DNA of 64,000 nucleotides from assembly GCA_963674595.2 (NCBI GenBank), contig CAXXFV010000003.1:32001-96000 (forward strand). Reading direction: 5' to 3'. This document shows positions 54,706-64,000 of the stretch, piece after piece; the stretch's first letter is position 1; each line of letters starts with the position of its first letter. The notes under the pieces were generated by a model, which was not told the DNA's origin, ran no database searches, and worked only from the letters and a program-made list of their open reading frames with translations. The DNA is from a bacterium (GTDB taxonomy: Bacteria > Zhuqueibacterota > Zhuqueibacteria > Residuimicrobiales > Krinioviventaceae). A program made the position numbers and the translations under genes.

Positions 54706-55477
54706 TTACACACTAAAAATAGAATGTAATTCTGCGGTCTGTCCGGCCTCCGGCGAAACCTGGGGTGGTGTCGTTGATAATGACGTGATCTACGACGATA
54801 TTGGCATTCCCTTCATACCAGCCAAACGACTCAAGGGGCTGCTGGTTGAAAGTGCAATGGATGTCTGTTATGCGATGCAAAAGATTGCACGAGATGAAAA
54901 AAAAGAGAACTGGAATGTCAAAAACATGTTTGATCTTTTTGGACTTGATGGAAATCAAGAACCAGCTCCAATAATTATTGATGACGCTAAAATTGATCAA
55001 TATGATGAAAAACGTGCATGGCTGGCCTGGGCACAAAATAATGTACGTGATCTTGCTTCACCAATGCAAGTATTGTCACTTTTTACAACACTCCGTGCAC
55101 AAACATCCATTGGATGTGATGATAATAATGAAAAAAAAGCTGAGGATGAAATTTTGTTAGATTACAAAGATAGCCATGCCGGGGAAAAAAGTGATGATGA
55201 TTTCAATCTTGCCGGTATCTCTAAACCTCACAGCCTGAGAGTGCAAAGAGTATTGCGACGAGGACTGGTCTTTGAATCAAAGATTCAAATCACTGAAAAT
55301 ATAAACAAACAAGGTATGGAATATAAATCTTTATTGGTGTTAGCTGCCGCAGCGACACAACATATAGGCCTTAATCGCAATCGTGGCATGGGAGACGTCA
55401 CAATGCGACTGTTGGAAAATAGCAGCCCAATAGATGTTAAAGTTATACTAAACAGGGAGGTGTCACATGTCAGATAA
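54698..55477 (+). CDS. Cas7-group RAMP
   Basis: GIPFIPAKRLKGLL, IGLNRNRGMG. Confidence 0.88.
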   Translation: MANYTLKIECNSAVCPASGETWGGVVDNDVIYDDIGIPFIPAKRLKGLLVESAMDVCYAMQKIARDEKKENWNVKNMFDLFGLDGNQEPAPIIIDDAKIDQYDEKRAWLAWAQNNVRDLASPMQVLSLFTTLRAQTSIGCDDNNEKKAEDEILLDYKDSHAGEKSDDDFNLAGISKPHSLRVQRVLRRGLVFESKIQITENINKQGMEYKSLLVLAAAATQHIGLNRNRGMGDVTMRLLENSSPIDVKVILNREVSHVR

Positions 55478-57302
55478 TACATTATATCAACTCCCATTAA
55501 CAATCGAACTCAAAGCACCGACGCTTTTTGCTAATACAGTCGGCGATGAAAATATGATTTGTAGTGTGGACTATATTCCCGGTTCGGTGTTGCTTGGAGC
55601 TTTTGCCGGAATGTATATAAAAAAACACGGTTCAGTTGATCACTCAGATACAGATAAATTTAGTCAGTTTGCCACTCTTTTCCTAAAAGATCAAGTGCGG
55701 TTTTTAAACGGATACATACAAATAGAAAAAACTATTCAGCCAGACAGCGAGGAAACTGAATTTAATCAGGAACCTGTAACAGTCTATAAACGATCCTTAC
55801 CTGTCCCACTATCCATCCAGTATGGCAAGAAGGAAAAAGCGCCTGCTGAGGAAAAGCTTTTTCGACAAGCAAAGGGTGAAAATGGCAAATTGGAGCTCGT
55901 AACCTTTAATTATCTTTTAAAAGAACCATCGGAAATGACAGAAAATTCTGACAGTCCTCAAAATGGAGTCGAGCCGACCAAGTACTATGGAGGATATTGT
56001 TTGCTTGAGACAGATGGTGAATTATTAACTATAACGACAGCCAATGTTGCCAGGCAATATCAGATACATCACAAACGTACTAACCAGCGTGCAGGACGCA
56101 GTACTGATGCAGAGATTTATAATTACGAATCGATTTTGCCAAGACAAATTTTTAAAGCAATTGTTGTTGGACCGAACGAAAAGCTCAATGAATTGAAAAC
56201 ACTTTTACAGGAAAATGACAATATCATGCGCCTTGGCCGTTCACGACACACACAATATGGTAATGCAGAGGTGATTGCCGGTAATATTAAGCCATATCAG
56301 GATGAAACTGACTTTTTACAAACGACTAGGTCTTTAAAAAATCAGTTTATCCTTACTTGTACGTCTGATGTGGTTTTTGACCAATCAATAACAAAAATTT
56401 GCATTGAAGAAATAACCCAAATGATAAAAACAGCTCTCAGTCCGAAAGATACAGATTTAAAATGTCTTAACGCATTTTTCAAAATCAACACCGTTGAACG
56501 ATATAATGCCACATGGAAAGCACGAACACCATCACAGTTCTATCTTGTTAAGGGAAGCTGTTTCGTTTTTGAACTCAATCCGGGTATGAACAATGATTTT
56601 GAATCGGCGTTTGAGAAAATACAACAAAATGGGATCGGCCTCCGTCGCAATGAAGGTTATGGGCGTGTTTTAATAAACTGGCAGGGATTACCGTTGGCCG
56701 AGGATTTCGAAGGTAAAACAAATACACTGGAAGAACCTGAGGGCGGAGTTGCACCCGACACGGTTTTGCCTCTGCTACAAGGTCTATTAAAACAATGGCT
56801 GGTAGAAAAGGCCCAAGTTTATGCATCAAAAATCGTTGAAAAAGAGACGGATGATAAAGGATTTACGAAACTCACATCAACCCAATTGAACAAGTTGAAG
56901 CGAATGGCTCTTGATGCGAAAGATTTTAGCGATTTCAAACCCAAAATTGGCCAGTTAACCAACAAAGGCGATCTGGAAAATATATATTTCCAAAATATGT
57001 CATTCTACAATTTCTTATGCTTTGATCATTTTGCGTGCTTGAAAGAGAGCAATTGGATAGAAAACGACAAGGATACGATGTTTTCTTTTAAAATTATTGA
57101 GCATAGCAATAATAATGATGAATTAAAAAAAATTTTAAAGCACGCAAATAGTACAGCATTTTTACAAAATGCAAAGTTGCAGAAATCCCTGTTTCAAACT
57201 TTTTACGACACCCTCTTTACACTTTTGGACAAATCCACTAATAAGAATATCAAGCAAAAAAATATGAGGGAAAAAACAAGGGGGGAGAAAAATCATGAAT
57301 AA
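55467..57302 (+). CDS. Csx10-like Cas5 with a probable Cas11-like C-terminus
   Basis: DYIPGSVLLGA, RLGRSR..YG, GIGLRRNEGYG, helical LTSTQLNKL tail. Confidence 0.8.
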   Translation: MSDNTLYQLPLTIELKAPTLFANTVGDENMICSVDYIPGSVLLGAFAGMYIKKHGSVDHSDTDKFSQFATLFLKDQVRFLNGYIQIEKTIQPDSEETEFNQEPVTVYKRSLPVPLSIQYGKKEKAPAEEKLFRQAKGENGKLELVTFNYLLKEPSEMTENSDSPQNGVEPTKYYGGYCLLETDGELLTITTANVARQYQIHHKRTNQRAGRSTDAEIYNYESILPRQIFKAIVVGPNEKLNELKTLLQENDNIMRLGRSRHTQYGNAEVIAGNIKPYQDETDFLQTTRSLKNQFILTCTSDVVFDQSITKICIEEITQMIKTALSPKDTDLKCLNAFFKINTVERYNATWKARTPSQFYLVKGSCFVFELNPGMNNDFESAFEKIQQNGIGLRRNEGYGRVLINWQGLPLAEDFEGKTNTLEEPEGGVAPDTVLPLLQGLLKQWLVEKAQVYASKIVEKETDDKGFTKLTSTQLNKLKRMALDAKDFSDFKPKIGQLTNKGDLENIYFQNMSFYNFLCFDHFACLKESNWIENDKDTMFSFKIIEHSNNNDELKKILKHANSTAFLQNAKLQKSLFQTFYDTLFTLLDKSTNKNIKQKNMREKTRGEKNHE

Positions 57303-58962
57303 AATAGAAAGAATTTTGGAAAATAAAAAGTACCACCTTGTCGGCAAAATTTATATCAGCGCCGATTTTGAATTAAAAAGTCCTCTGCTCATCGGTTCAG
57401 GTGAATCTGAACATTCCGACATTGATATAATTCGAGATATACCATTTGAAGGCGAATCACAGCCGATGATTCCTGCGACATCCATCATTGGCGTGTTTCG
57501 GCATCTGTTTGATCGGCTTTTCACCAAAGAACAAAAAATAATGCTGTCCGGATCAAATGAAAATAAAGTGGATGTACGTGACGCTTTATATGAATTTTTT
57601 GGCGTTTCAGATGATATGAACGACAAGACTTTGAAATGGTTACGATATAACGAGAAAAAAGAAAAGTGGAATTTGAATCAAAGCGCTCTAATAATGCGAG
57701 ATATTATTTTGGATCAAGCCAAGTACCAGGTTACCCAGCGTGACAGCGTTCGTATCGACCCGAGAACCGGCACAGCTATGGAACATGCCAAATTTGATTA
57801 CGAAATTGTTGAGCCGCCAAAGGAAAGAAAAGATGGCAAAGAAGCACCGGTTACCATGACTTTTGAAATCAATCTACGAAATAAAATCGAAGCCGATTAT
57901 AATAAATTGTTCAAAACCTTTGTCGGTTATTTTTTGCAGGAAATTGATGGTGGCCATATCCGATTCGGCGCTAAAACCAACAAGGGATTCGGGCGGTTGA
58001 AATTGATCCCGGGTTCGATTAGAATAGAGCAACTCAATTTGGAAACAGCAGACGATCTTAAAAAGTGGTTGACCAACAGAATTTTTCAGGTGGAACCGGA
58101 AGAAAAAGCGTCAAATGTTGTTGACATCAATGCTCTCAAAGGCGGCATCAAGCTTGATCTCTATACAAAGACTTTTACAATTGATGCAGAGTTTCGAATT
58201 AAAAATTCAATGCTGGTACGTTCTTATTCCACAGATCCAAAGGCACCTGATGTATCCCACATTCAGCGAAATGGTCACTATATTCTCCCCGGCACCTCAA
58301 TCATGGGGGCTATTCGTCATCGGGCGTGGAAAATTATCAATACTATGTTTGAAGATGCAGAGAACAAAAAAGATAAATTTTACAAATTGTTCGGATATGT
58401 CTATACCCATGATGAATATCCAGAATTCCCAGCAAACTTTTTTAAACGTGATGAAAATGGAAAATTGGTTATTAAGCACCCTGCAAGAAAAGGACGTGTG
58501 ACGGTTAACGAGACCATCATTGAAAATCAAAAACAGAGCATCGTCGATCAAATCCAAACCCGCATAAAAATCGATCGCTTTACCGGCGGAACAATTGCCG
58601 GTGCCTTGCTGCAGGAACTGGCCCTGTGGCAAAAAGATGACGAGTCAGTGATTAACATCAACCTGCATATCAAGGATTATACAGACTGGGAGCCGGCACT
58701 GTTTATGTTCATCCTCAAAGACCTTGTCACCGGCGATTTGCCCATTGGCGGTGAAAAGAGTATTGGGCGTGGGGTGTTGATTGGCAATAAAGCGACAGTA
58801 TCCTGGACTGACCGGTCGGAGCCAATTGACCTGGAATTTGACCAGAGTGGTTTCGTGATAGAAAAGGATCAGCAAGAGTTGAAAAAGTTTGATAATTTTA
58901 TGGAAGCCTGGCGTAAGGTGCGTGAAGAGAAAACGACCAGCGGAGGTGACAAAAATGAATAG
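57295..58962 (+). CDS. Double Cas7 RAMP (Cas7-2x)
   Basis: Two RAMP units: IPATSIIG..FGAKTNKGFG and LPGTSIMG..IGGEKSIGRG. Confidence 0.88.
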   Translation: MNKIERILENKKYHLVGKIYISADFELKSPLLIGSGESEHSDIDIIRDIPFEGESQPMIPATSIIGVFRHLFDRLFTKEQKIMLSGSNENKVDVRDALYEFFGVSDDMNDKTLKWLRYNEKKEKWNLNQSALIMRDIILDQAKYQVTQRDSVRIDPRTGTAMEHAKFDYEIVEPPKERKDGKEAPVTMTFEINLRNKIEADYNKLFKTFVGYFLQEIDGGHIRFGAKTNKGFGRLKLIPGSIRIEQLNLETADDLKKWLTNRIFQVEPEEKASNVVDINALKGGIKLDLYTKTFTIDAEFRIKNSMLVRSYSTDPKAPDVSHIQRNGHYILPGTSIMGAIRHRAWKIINTMFEDAENKKDKFYKLFGYVYTHDEYPEFPANFFKRDENGKLVIKHPARKGRVTVNETIIENQKQSIVDQIQTRIKIDRFTGGTIAGALLQELALWQKDDESVININLHIKDYTDWEPALFMFILKDLVTGDLPIGGEKSIGRGVLIGNKATVSWTDRSEPIDLEFDQSGFVIEKDQQELKKFDNFMEAWRKVREEKTTSGGDKNE

Positions 58963-59620
58963 TAATAATAAAGCTAATGGGCTGACGCTGATTACACTAA
59001 AAACCGAAAAAATGACAGGCCTTCTTGATTCATGGCCCGAGATAAAAGACAGGCTGGGGGACTCTGCTAAATACGTTGTTTTTTATTTTGATTACGGAAT
59101 AAGATTCGGCGTACAAAATGGCGATAAGATATTTTTTCAGGAGGGACCTGCCGAGATTGAGAAACTGCAACTCGATTATTTGCAATTAGCTCGATTTTTT
59201 GACAAGAATATGGAATTGAAAATCTGGCGTGATGGTGAAAGGAAACACCATTATAGGAGTTATCACGATTCTCCCGATAATGGTGGAAAAACCGAAATTG
59301 TTGAAGCAAAGCAAATATTATGGGGCACTCGTGCGTGCTCAACGACCATGGATGTACCTGATTCATTTACAATTAACGATAAAACATTCTCTCAAATCTA
59401 CTGGATAAATCTAACCGAAGATCGTGGCACCGAGTTGGTAATCCCTTTTCATGAGCCATTCAATATCCCTGAGAAAACTGACCACCCGAGGCTTGCAGTA
59501 AAAACCTATAATTACATTGACTATTTGGAAAACGGACTGGCGACCTATGTAGATAGCCGGTTTGTGGATATAGAAACAGTTTCGGAATATTCCTCAAAAT
59601 CAAAAATGGAGGATAAATAA
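58955..59620 (+). CDS. csx19: Csx19 (type III-D)
   Basis: LQLARFFD...ELKIWR, ILWGT, YIDY...DSRF motifs; position in operon. Confidence 0.85.
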   Translation: MNSNNKANGLTLITLKTEKMTGLLDSWPEIKDRLGDSAKYVVFYFDYGIRFGVQNGDKIFFQEGPAEIEKLQLDYLQLARFFDKNMELKIWRDGERKHHYRSYHDSPDNGGKTEIVEAKQILWGTRACSTTMDVPDSFTINDKTFSQIYWINLTEDRGTELVIPFHEPFNIPEKTDHPRLAVKTYNYIDYLENGLATYVDSRFVDIETVSEYSSKSKMEDK

Positions 59621-59621
59621 A

Positions 59622-61817
59622 ATGATAGCAGGAAAAATAAAACGAGTATTTATTGATAAAGGATATGGCTTCATTACATATGAAAAGGGCAAAAAAGTCT
59701 TTTTTCATATAAATGGCATGGTTAATCGAAATATTTTCAATTTATTAAGTGAAAACGATGAAGTTTTCTTTGAGGGGATAAAAAAAACAGCAAAAGGAGA
59801 AGAAGCTTTCAATATTTTTTGCGAAAAAAAAGATTTTGGTTCACAAATAGCTCAAAAAAAGACAAAACATAGATTTCGTAATCCTTATAATTTTGTTCGA
59901 TTTGATCCAACTCTAAATTATTCGTATAGCTATCGTCAAAATCCACTTAGATGCAATGATGACCAAATTTTATATGACGGATATATCAACGTAACAATGC
60001 AAATAAACTCTCCTCTTTTTTGCAGTGGGAAAGAAAGTAATCCCACTCATACGGGCCACAAATTATATGATTTCTACAAAATTGACGGAACACCAAGAAT
60101 CCCTGCAAGTTCATTGCGAGGTATGATTCGTAACGTATTTGAAACTATTACAAATTCTTGCATGTGTATGTTTGAAGGTCAACATTTAACAAGAAGAATG
60201 AGTGCTACGGAGGCACAAAAAATGATTCCCGCGATCGTCGAAGAAGATCATAATCATAAGACCTTACACGCACGTCTTTTGAGAGGACACGTGAAAAAAA
60301 ACGAACAAAATCATAGCCTACAGTTCGCTGCATGGTATAAAATGTATCATCGGCATGATACTGTAGGTTCAACAAATGGCATTCAACATGGCGATAAATG
60401 CTGGGCCGTAATCGAGAACAAACCGGTATTAAAAGAGAAAGGGAGAAACAAGTTTTATTATTGGAAAGTACGTGATATCCATCCAAAGACGATGGATCAA
60501 TCAAGTATTAGTTACAACTTGAACGAATGCTTTCTTGTTAATGGTTATTTTTTCAAATCAAATAACAATATTAATAGGAAACATGACGAGAGAATATTTT
60601 TTGATTTGGGAGAAACGCCTAAATCATTACCTTTAGAATCTGGAATACTCGATGAATATGAAACTGTATTAAATGATTACATCCGACGACATAGCGACGA
60701 TATTGAGAAACGGAGTGAAAGCAGTTATCCTTGCAAACCCGATCAAGCCGACGAAAAACATAAAGCTATTAGCCATTTTATAATCAGTAAAAAAACTAAA
60801 TTACAGAATGGTGATCTGATATACGTTGCAGTTGATAACGTAAAGGATCCAACCTCAATCAAATTTGTTGCTCCTGTTTCCATCGCTCGTCTTTTATTTG
60901 ATAACTCTATTGAAGATATATTAGATAGCTCTTATCCTGACTTAAGAAGCTGTGATTTTTTTAATACTTCGAATAACTTTGAAAATCTTAAATTATGTCC
61001 TGCATGCAGAACTTTTGGATGGGTTCGCACTAAAAATTCCGCCTCTAATGCCATATCATCATGTGGAAGCAAAATATTTTTTGATGATGGCAAAATAACT
61101 GATGCTGAATTTTTAGATGAAATTACTCTTCCTATCTTAGGCCAGCCGAAACCTACAACTCAACCATTTTATTTGTTAACAAAAGATGGAAAAGAATCAT
61201 TTTCAGTCGACTATAACATATACAAGAGTCAACTTAGAGGAAGAAAATACTACTGGCATCAAGAGAAGTTAAATAAATCAGAATATTCTATCAGAAAACG
61301 AGGAATTCAAAACAGAACAATAAAAAATATTATCCAAAAAGGGAAAATAAAATTTCGAGTTCGTTTTAATGATTTGAGCGATTTTGAGTTAGGTGCACTT
61401 TTGTATGCTATAAAACTCGAAAAAGGCTGGCAGCACAGCCTTGGACTTGCCAAGCCTCTTGGATTCGGTTCTTTAGAAGCAACAGAGTTAAAATTGTATT
61501 TAAAAAACGATGAATATTATCACAGTTTTACAAAATCTCTCAAATCTGAAAAAGATGAATTTGTTACACAAAAAATCAACACATTTAATGAAAAATATAA
61601 AACTATATTTGGAAAACTCTTTTCGGAAACGATAACTTTTCTTGATCTTAAACAGCTATTAGGAAATCCTCAGAGTGTAGCAGTTCATTATCCTAGAACA
61701 ACTGACACACTAGACGAAAACGGTAAACAATTCAAGTGGTTTATGGATAATAAGAATATATGGAAAAAAGCACTTCCGATAGCTGGAGATAAAACGGACT
61801 TTGACTTTGAGATTTAA
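59622..61817 (+). CDS. Cas7 with insertion (TIGR03986) and N-terminal cold-shock domain
   Basis: KGYGFI..VFFHI; NPYNFV; IPASSLRGMIR; RGRKYYWH; LGLAKPLGFGS. Confidence 0.9.
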   Translation: MIAGKIKRVFIDKGYGFITYEKGKKVFFHINGMVNRNIFNLLSENDEVFFEGIKKTAKGEEAFNIFCEKKDFGSQIAQKKTKHRFRNPYNFVRFDPTLNYSYSYRQNPLRCNDDQILYDGYINVTMQINSPLFCSGKESNPTHTGHKLYDFYKIDGTPRIPASSLRGMIRNVFETITNSCMCMFEGQHLTRRMSATEAQKMIPAIVEEDHNHKTLHARLLRGHVKKNEQNHSLQFAAWYKMYHRHDTVGSTNGIQHGDKCWAVIENKPVLKEKGRNKFYYWKVRDIHPKTMDQSSISYNLNECFLVNGYFFKSNNNINRKHDERIFFDLGETPKSLPLESGILDEYETVLNDYIRRHSDDIEKRSESSYPCKPDQADEKHKAISHFIISKKTKLQNGDLIYVAVDNVKDPTSIKFVAPVSIARLLFDNSIEDILDSSYPDLRSCDFFNTSNNFENLKLCPACRTFGWVRTKNSASNAISSCGSKIFFDDGKITDAEFLDEITLPILGQPKPTTQPFYLLTKDGKESFSVDYNIYKSQLRGRKYYWHQEKLNKSEYSIRKRGIQNRTIKNIIQKGKIKFRVRFNDLSDFELGALLYAIKLEKGWQHSLGLAKPLGFGSLEATELKLYLKNDEYYHSFTKSLKSEKDEFVTQKINTFNEKYKTIFGKLFSETITFLDLKQLLGNPQSVAVHYPRTTDTLDENGKQFKWFMDNKNIWKKALPIAGDKTDFDFEI

Positions 61818-61920
61818 AACTACTTATTTTTTATTGAAGACTAAAATATTATTCATTTGCATAAAAACATAGAAAGAAATCTAATAAAGAATATTTACTC
61901 CAGTAAAGAAAGAGTTATTT

Positions 61921-63018
61921 GTGAACACTTTTATTCTCTCACCCTGCGGTATTAGTATTTTGATCAACGAAGTTGATAGCACGCTGCGCAAATTGTTGAA
62001 TGAATATGCCAACGAACCGGAAATCAACAATGTGCCTAAAGAAGTACAGAAACGAATTGAGCAACTTGTAATTAACTTTGAGAAAAAAAAGAACACAATG
62101 GATATTCACAATATCCGCAACCTCTCAGCTGAACTTATTGGCATAATTCTTTATTATAATAACCAGCTTGAATTGAAAGATGACTATCATCTAATCTTAA
62201 GCACCGACACCTGGCTCGGCGAAGTGTGCGCTACCCTCATTCAAAAATGGCTGCTAAATAAAGGGGCTGTTTGCGAGATTTTTCGTCAACAAGGTTTACA
62301 AACGAGAAATGTTCAAGATTTCCACTACGCCCTATCCGAAATGGCACCCAAACTTTTTAAACGAATCAATGATTTCAAGACAGCGAAAAACAGGATTATT
62401 TTTAATCTAACAGCCGGATTCAAGGTGGTTGTCGGTTTTTTACAATCTCTTGGCATGCTACACGCAGGCGAGCTAATCTATGTCTTTGAATTTACTAGTC
62501 ATCCTATCCGTATGCCCAAGGTGCCAATCAATATAAGCGTAACGAAGTATATCCGAGAGTACCTGCAAACATTCAGAAAATTAATAAATGGACTGGAAAT
62601 ATCGGAGCCGGAAATAAAAAATGTACCGGAAACTATGATTTTAAAAATCGGTGATGAATATCTACTATCGACATGGGGCAATATTTTTATGACGGAAGCA
62701 AAAAATGAAAGATACACTAAGAAACTTTTACCGCCCATTTGTTCTAAAGTGCAATACTAGCCAAAATTTGAAAGGATTGTTACCAATCTTGAAAGCGAAA
62801 GAATTAGCATTCTAAACCATAGGCTCAACCAACAATGCAGGCTCTTTCAGAAGAACGATAATCCGACATCTTTAAGTTTCAGAGTTGAAAGGCAGGCCTG
62901 TTCCCGGACCAACACACGAATTTTACGCATGGTCGGATAAAGGTGCGGAACGCTATTTTGGCCATTTTGTAAATGATAAAAAAGTATTTATTATAAATAC
63001 ACTAGCAAAGCAATTGTA
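61921..63018 (+). pseudogene. CARF (APE2256-like)-RelE effector, Cami1-like, disrupted
   Basis: SPCGISIL, SAEL, TDTWLG, NLTAGFK motifs; TAG at 62758, reading continues, frameshift near 62880 into ELKG..PTHEFYAWSDKGAERYFGHF. Confidence 0.7.
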
Positions 63019-63032
63019 AAAGGAGTCCCTAA

Positions 63033-63419
63033 ATGCCAATAGATACCACAATGTCCCCCCTCATTACCAACGTCTTCCCCTTCTCCCTCGTGCGTCGAAA
63101 AATGTTAGCCGAACCGATAGAGATGGATGATGTAATTAAAATGACTAAGGCAGGACAATTTAAATCTGCGTGGGGACATAAAAATACAATTACGGCTGTG
63201 AATAATGTTCTGGGAGTTGATATTACACCAAAAGAAGATCGACCCGCATTAGTACTGGATGAAAACAATTTTCCAACACTCTATGGCATTAAATTTAGTA
63301 CAGTTATAATAATTAGCCCCAATTTTATGCCTGGCTTTAGACCAGCAATTGGTGAGGAAGTATGTGAAAAAAAAATAAAGAGCTGGACAGCTTTAAAACT
63401 AAATTTTGACGTAAAATAA
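63033..63419 (+). CDS. Crn2/AcrIII-1 (DUF1874) ring nuclease-like protein
   Basis: N.FPFSL, SAWGH.NT, LGVDI..R, R..GE motifs; located among type III effectors. Confidence 0.65.
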   Translation: MPIDTTMSPLITNVFPFSLVRRKMLAEPIEMDDVIKMTKAGQFKSAWGHKNTITAVNNVLGVDITPKEDRPALVLDENNFPTLYGIKFSTVIIISPNFMPGFRPAIGEEVCEKKIKSWTALKLNFDVK

Positions 63420-63529
63420 AATCACTCATTCTCGGTCTTGTAAAGCAATAATGCTTTTTTTATATTCAATAATAAATAATAGAATAGATTTTATTCTCAA
63501 CCAAAATCCACATTAATGGAGCCTATATT

Positions 63530-64000
63530 ATGAAATTCCTTAACGGCTTATTTCTACTCATTTTTGCTATTATAATTGGTCTTCTTTTTTGGTTTCCAGT
63601 ATTTTGGTTTAGCGATTCATTCTTAAATCATATGGACAAAGCAGGTATTATTCTCGGCTATGGTTTATCATGTTTCAGTATTGCTTTAGGAGCAATTGCC
63701 TGGTTTAAAAGACGTGATATACGGATATGGGCATTTCGTAAAAAATTTGAAAACGTTGGTGAAGAGTTCGATTTAGATAAAGAACTAGTTGACGCAATGG
63801 TCATTCCAGTAAGCCCTCACCCCGATCAGCCAGAATGGATACTCCGATGGCTAAAACCCAAACACGTATCTTTTCTTTATACAGACCAAAGTCAATCGGT
63901 AGCTCAAAAACTGGCGGATGAGTTTTCCAAACCGCCATATAATATAAATTTTTATCCAAACTCGAAAGATATTGAACTTGGTAAGCACAAAATAGAATCA
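63530..64000 (+). CDS. Cam1-like TM-CARF effector (partial)
   Basis: Two N-terminal TM helices, then VIPVS..QPEWILRWLKPKHVSFLYT CARF start; frame open to the window end. Confidence 0.65.
   Translation, partial: MKFLNGLFLLIFAIIIGLLFWFPVFWFSDSFLNHMDKAGIILGYGLSCFSIALGAIAWFKRRDIRIWAFRKKFENVGEEFDLDKELVDAMVIPVSPHPDQPEWILRWLKPKHVSFLYTDQSQSVAQKLADEFSKPPYNINFYPNSKDIELGKHKIES

Noticed and set aside
174-63268. Many 60-130 aa ORFs antisense to or overlapping long genes
   Set aside because: Shadow ORFs with no motifs or independent signals

Overview
AT-rich accessory island from a bacterium whose secreted proteins end in QNYPNPFN/FlgD-Ig-like sorting domains (KSB1/Calditrichota-like; the taxon is inferred). 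The same layout occurs twice, about 41.5 kb apart: secreted beta-propeller genes, then a phage-like recombination module (two RuvC-like genes, ssb, Mgm101/Rad52-like annealase, XRE repressor), then a type III CRISPR-Cas locus. Locus 1 (11.8-34.5 kb) is an atypical III-D-like operon: cas6, cas10 (GGDE), four RAMPs, an S-4TM pore effector, RT, cas1 with an internal TGA, and cas2. It is flanked by two outward-facing arrays of about 65 and about 14 repeats. Each array carries a 106-nt structured insert in its next-to-last repeat. IS3 and IS21 insertions are present. Locus 2 (53-64 kb) is a III-Dv-like operon with a CARF-RelE pseudogene, a Crn2 ring nuclease and a Cam1-like effector. An Hsp70-GrpE-TerB cassette, a truncated portal gene and an integrase relic are also present. 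All calls are by eye from motifs; no searches were run.
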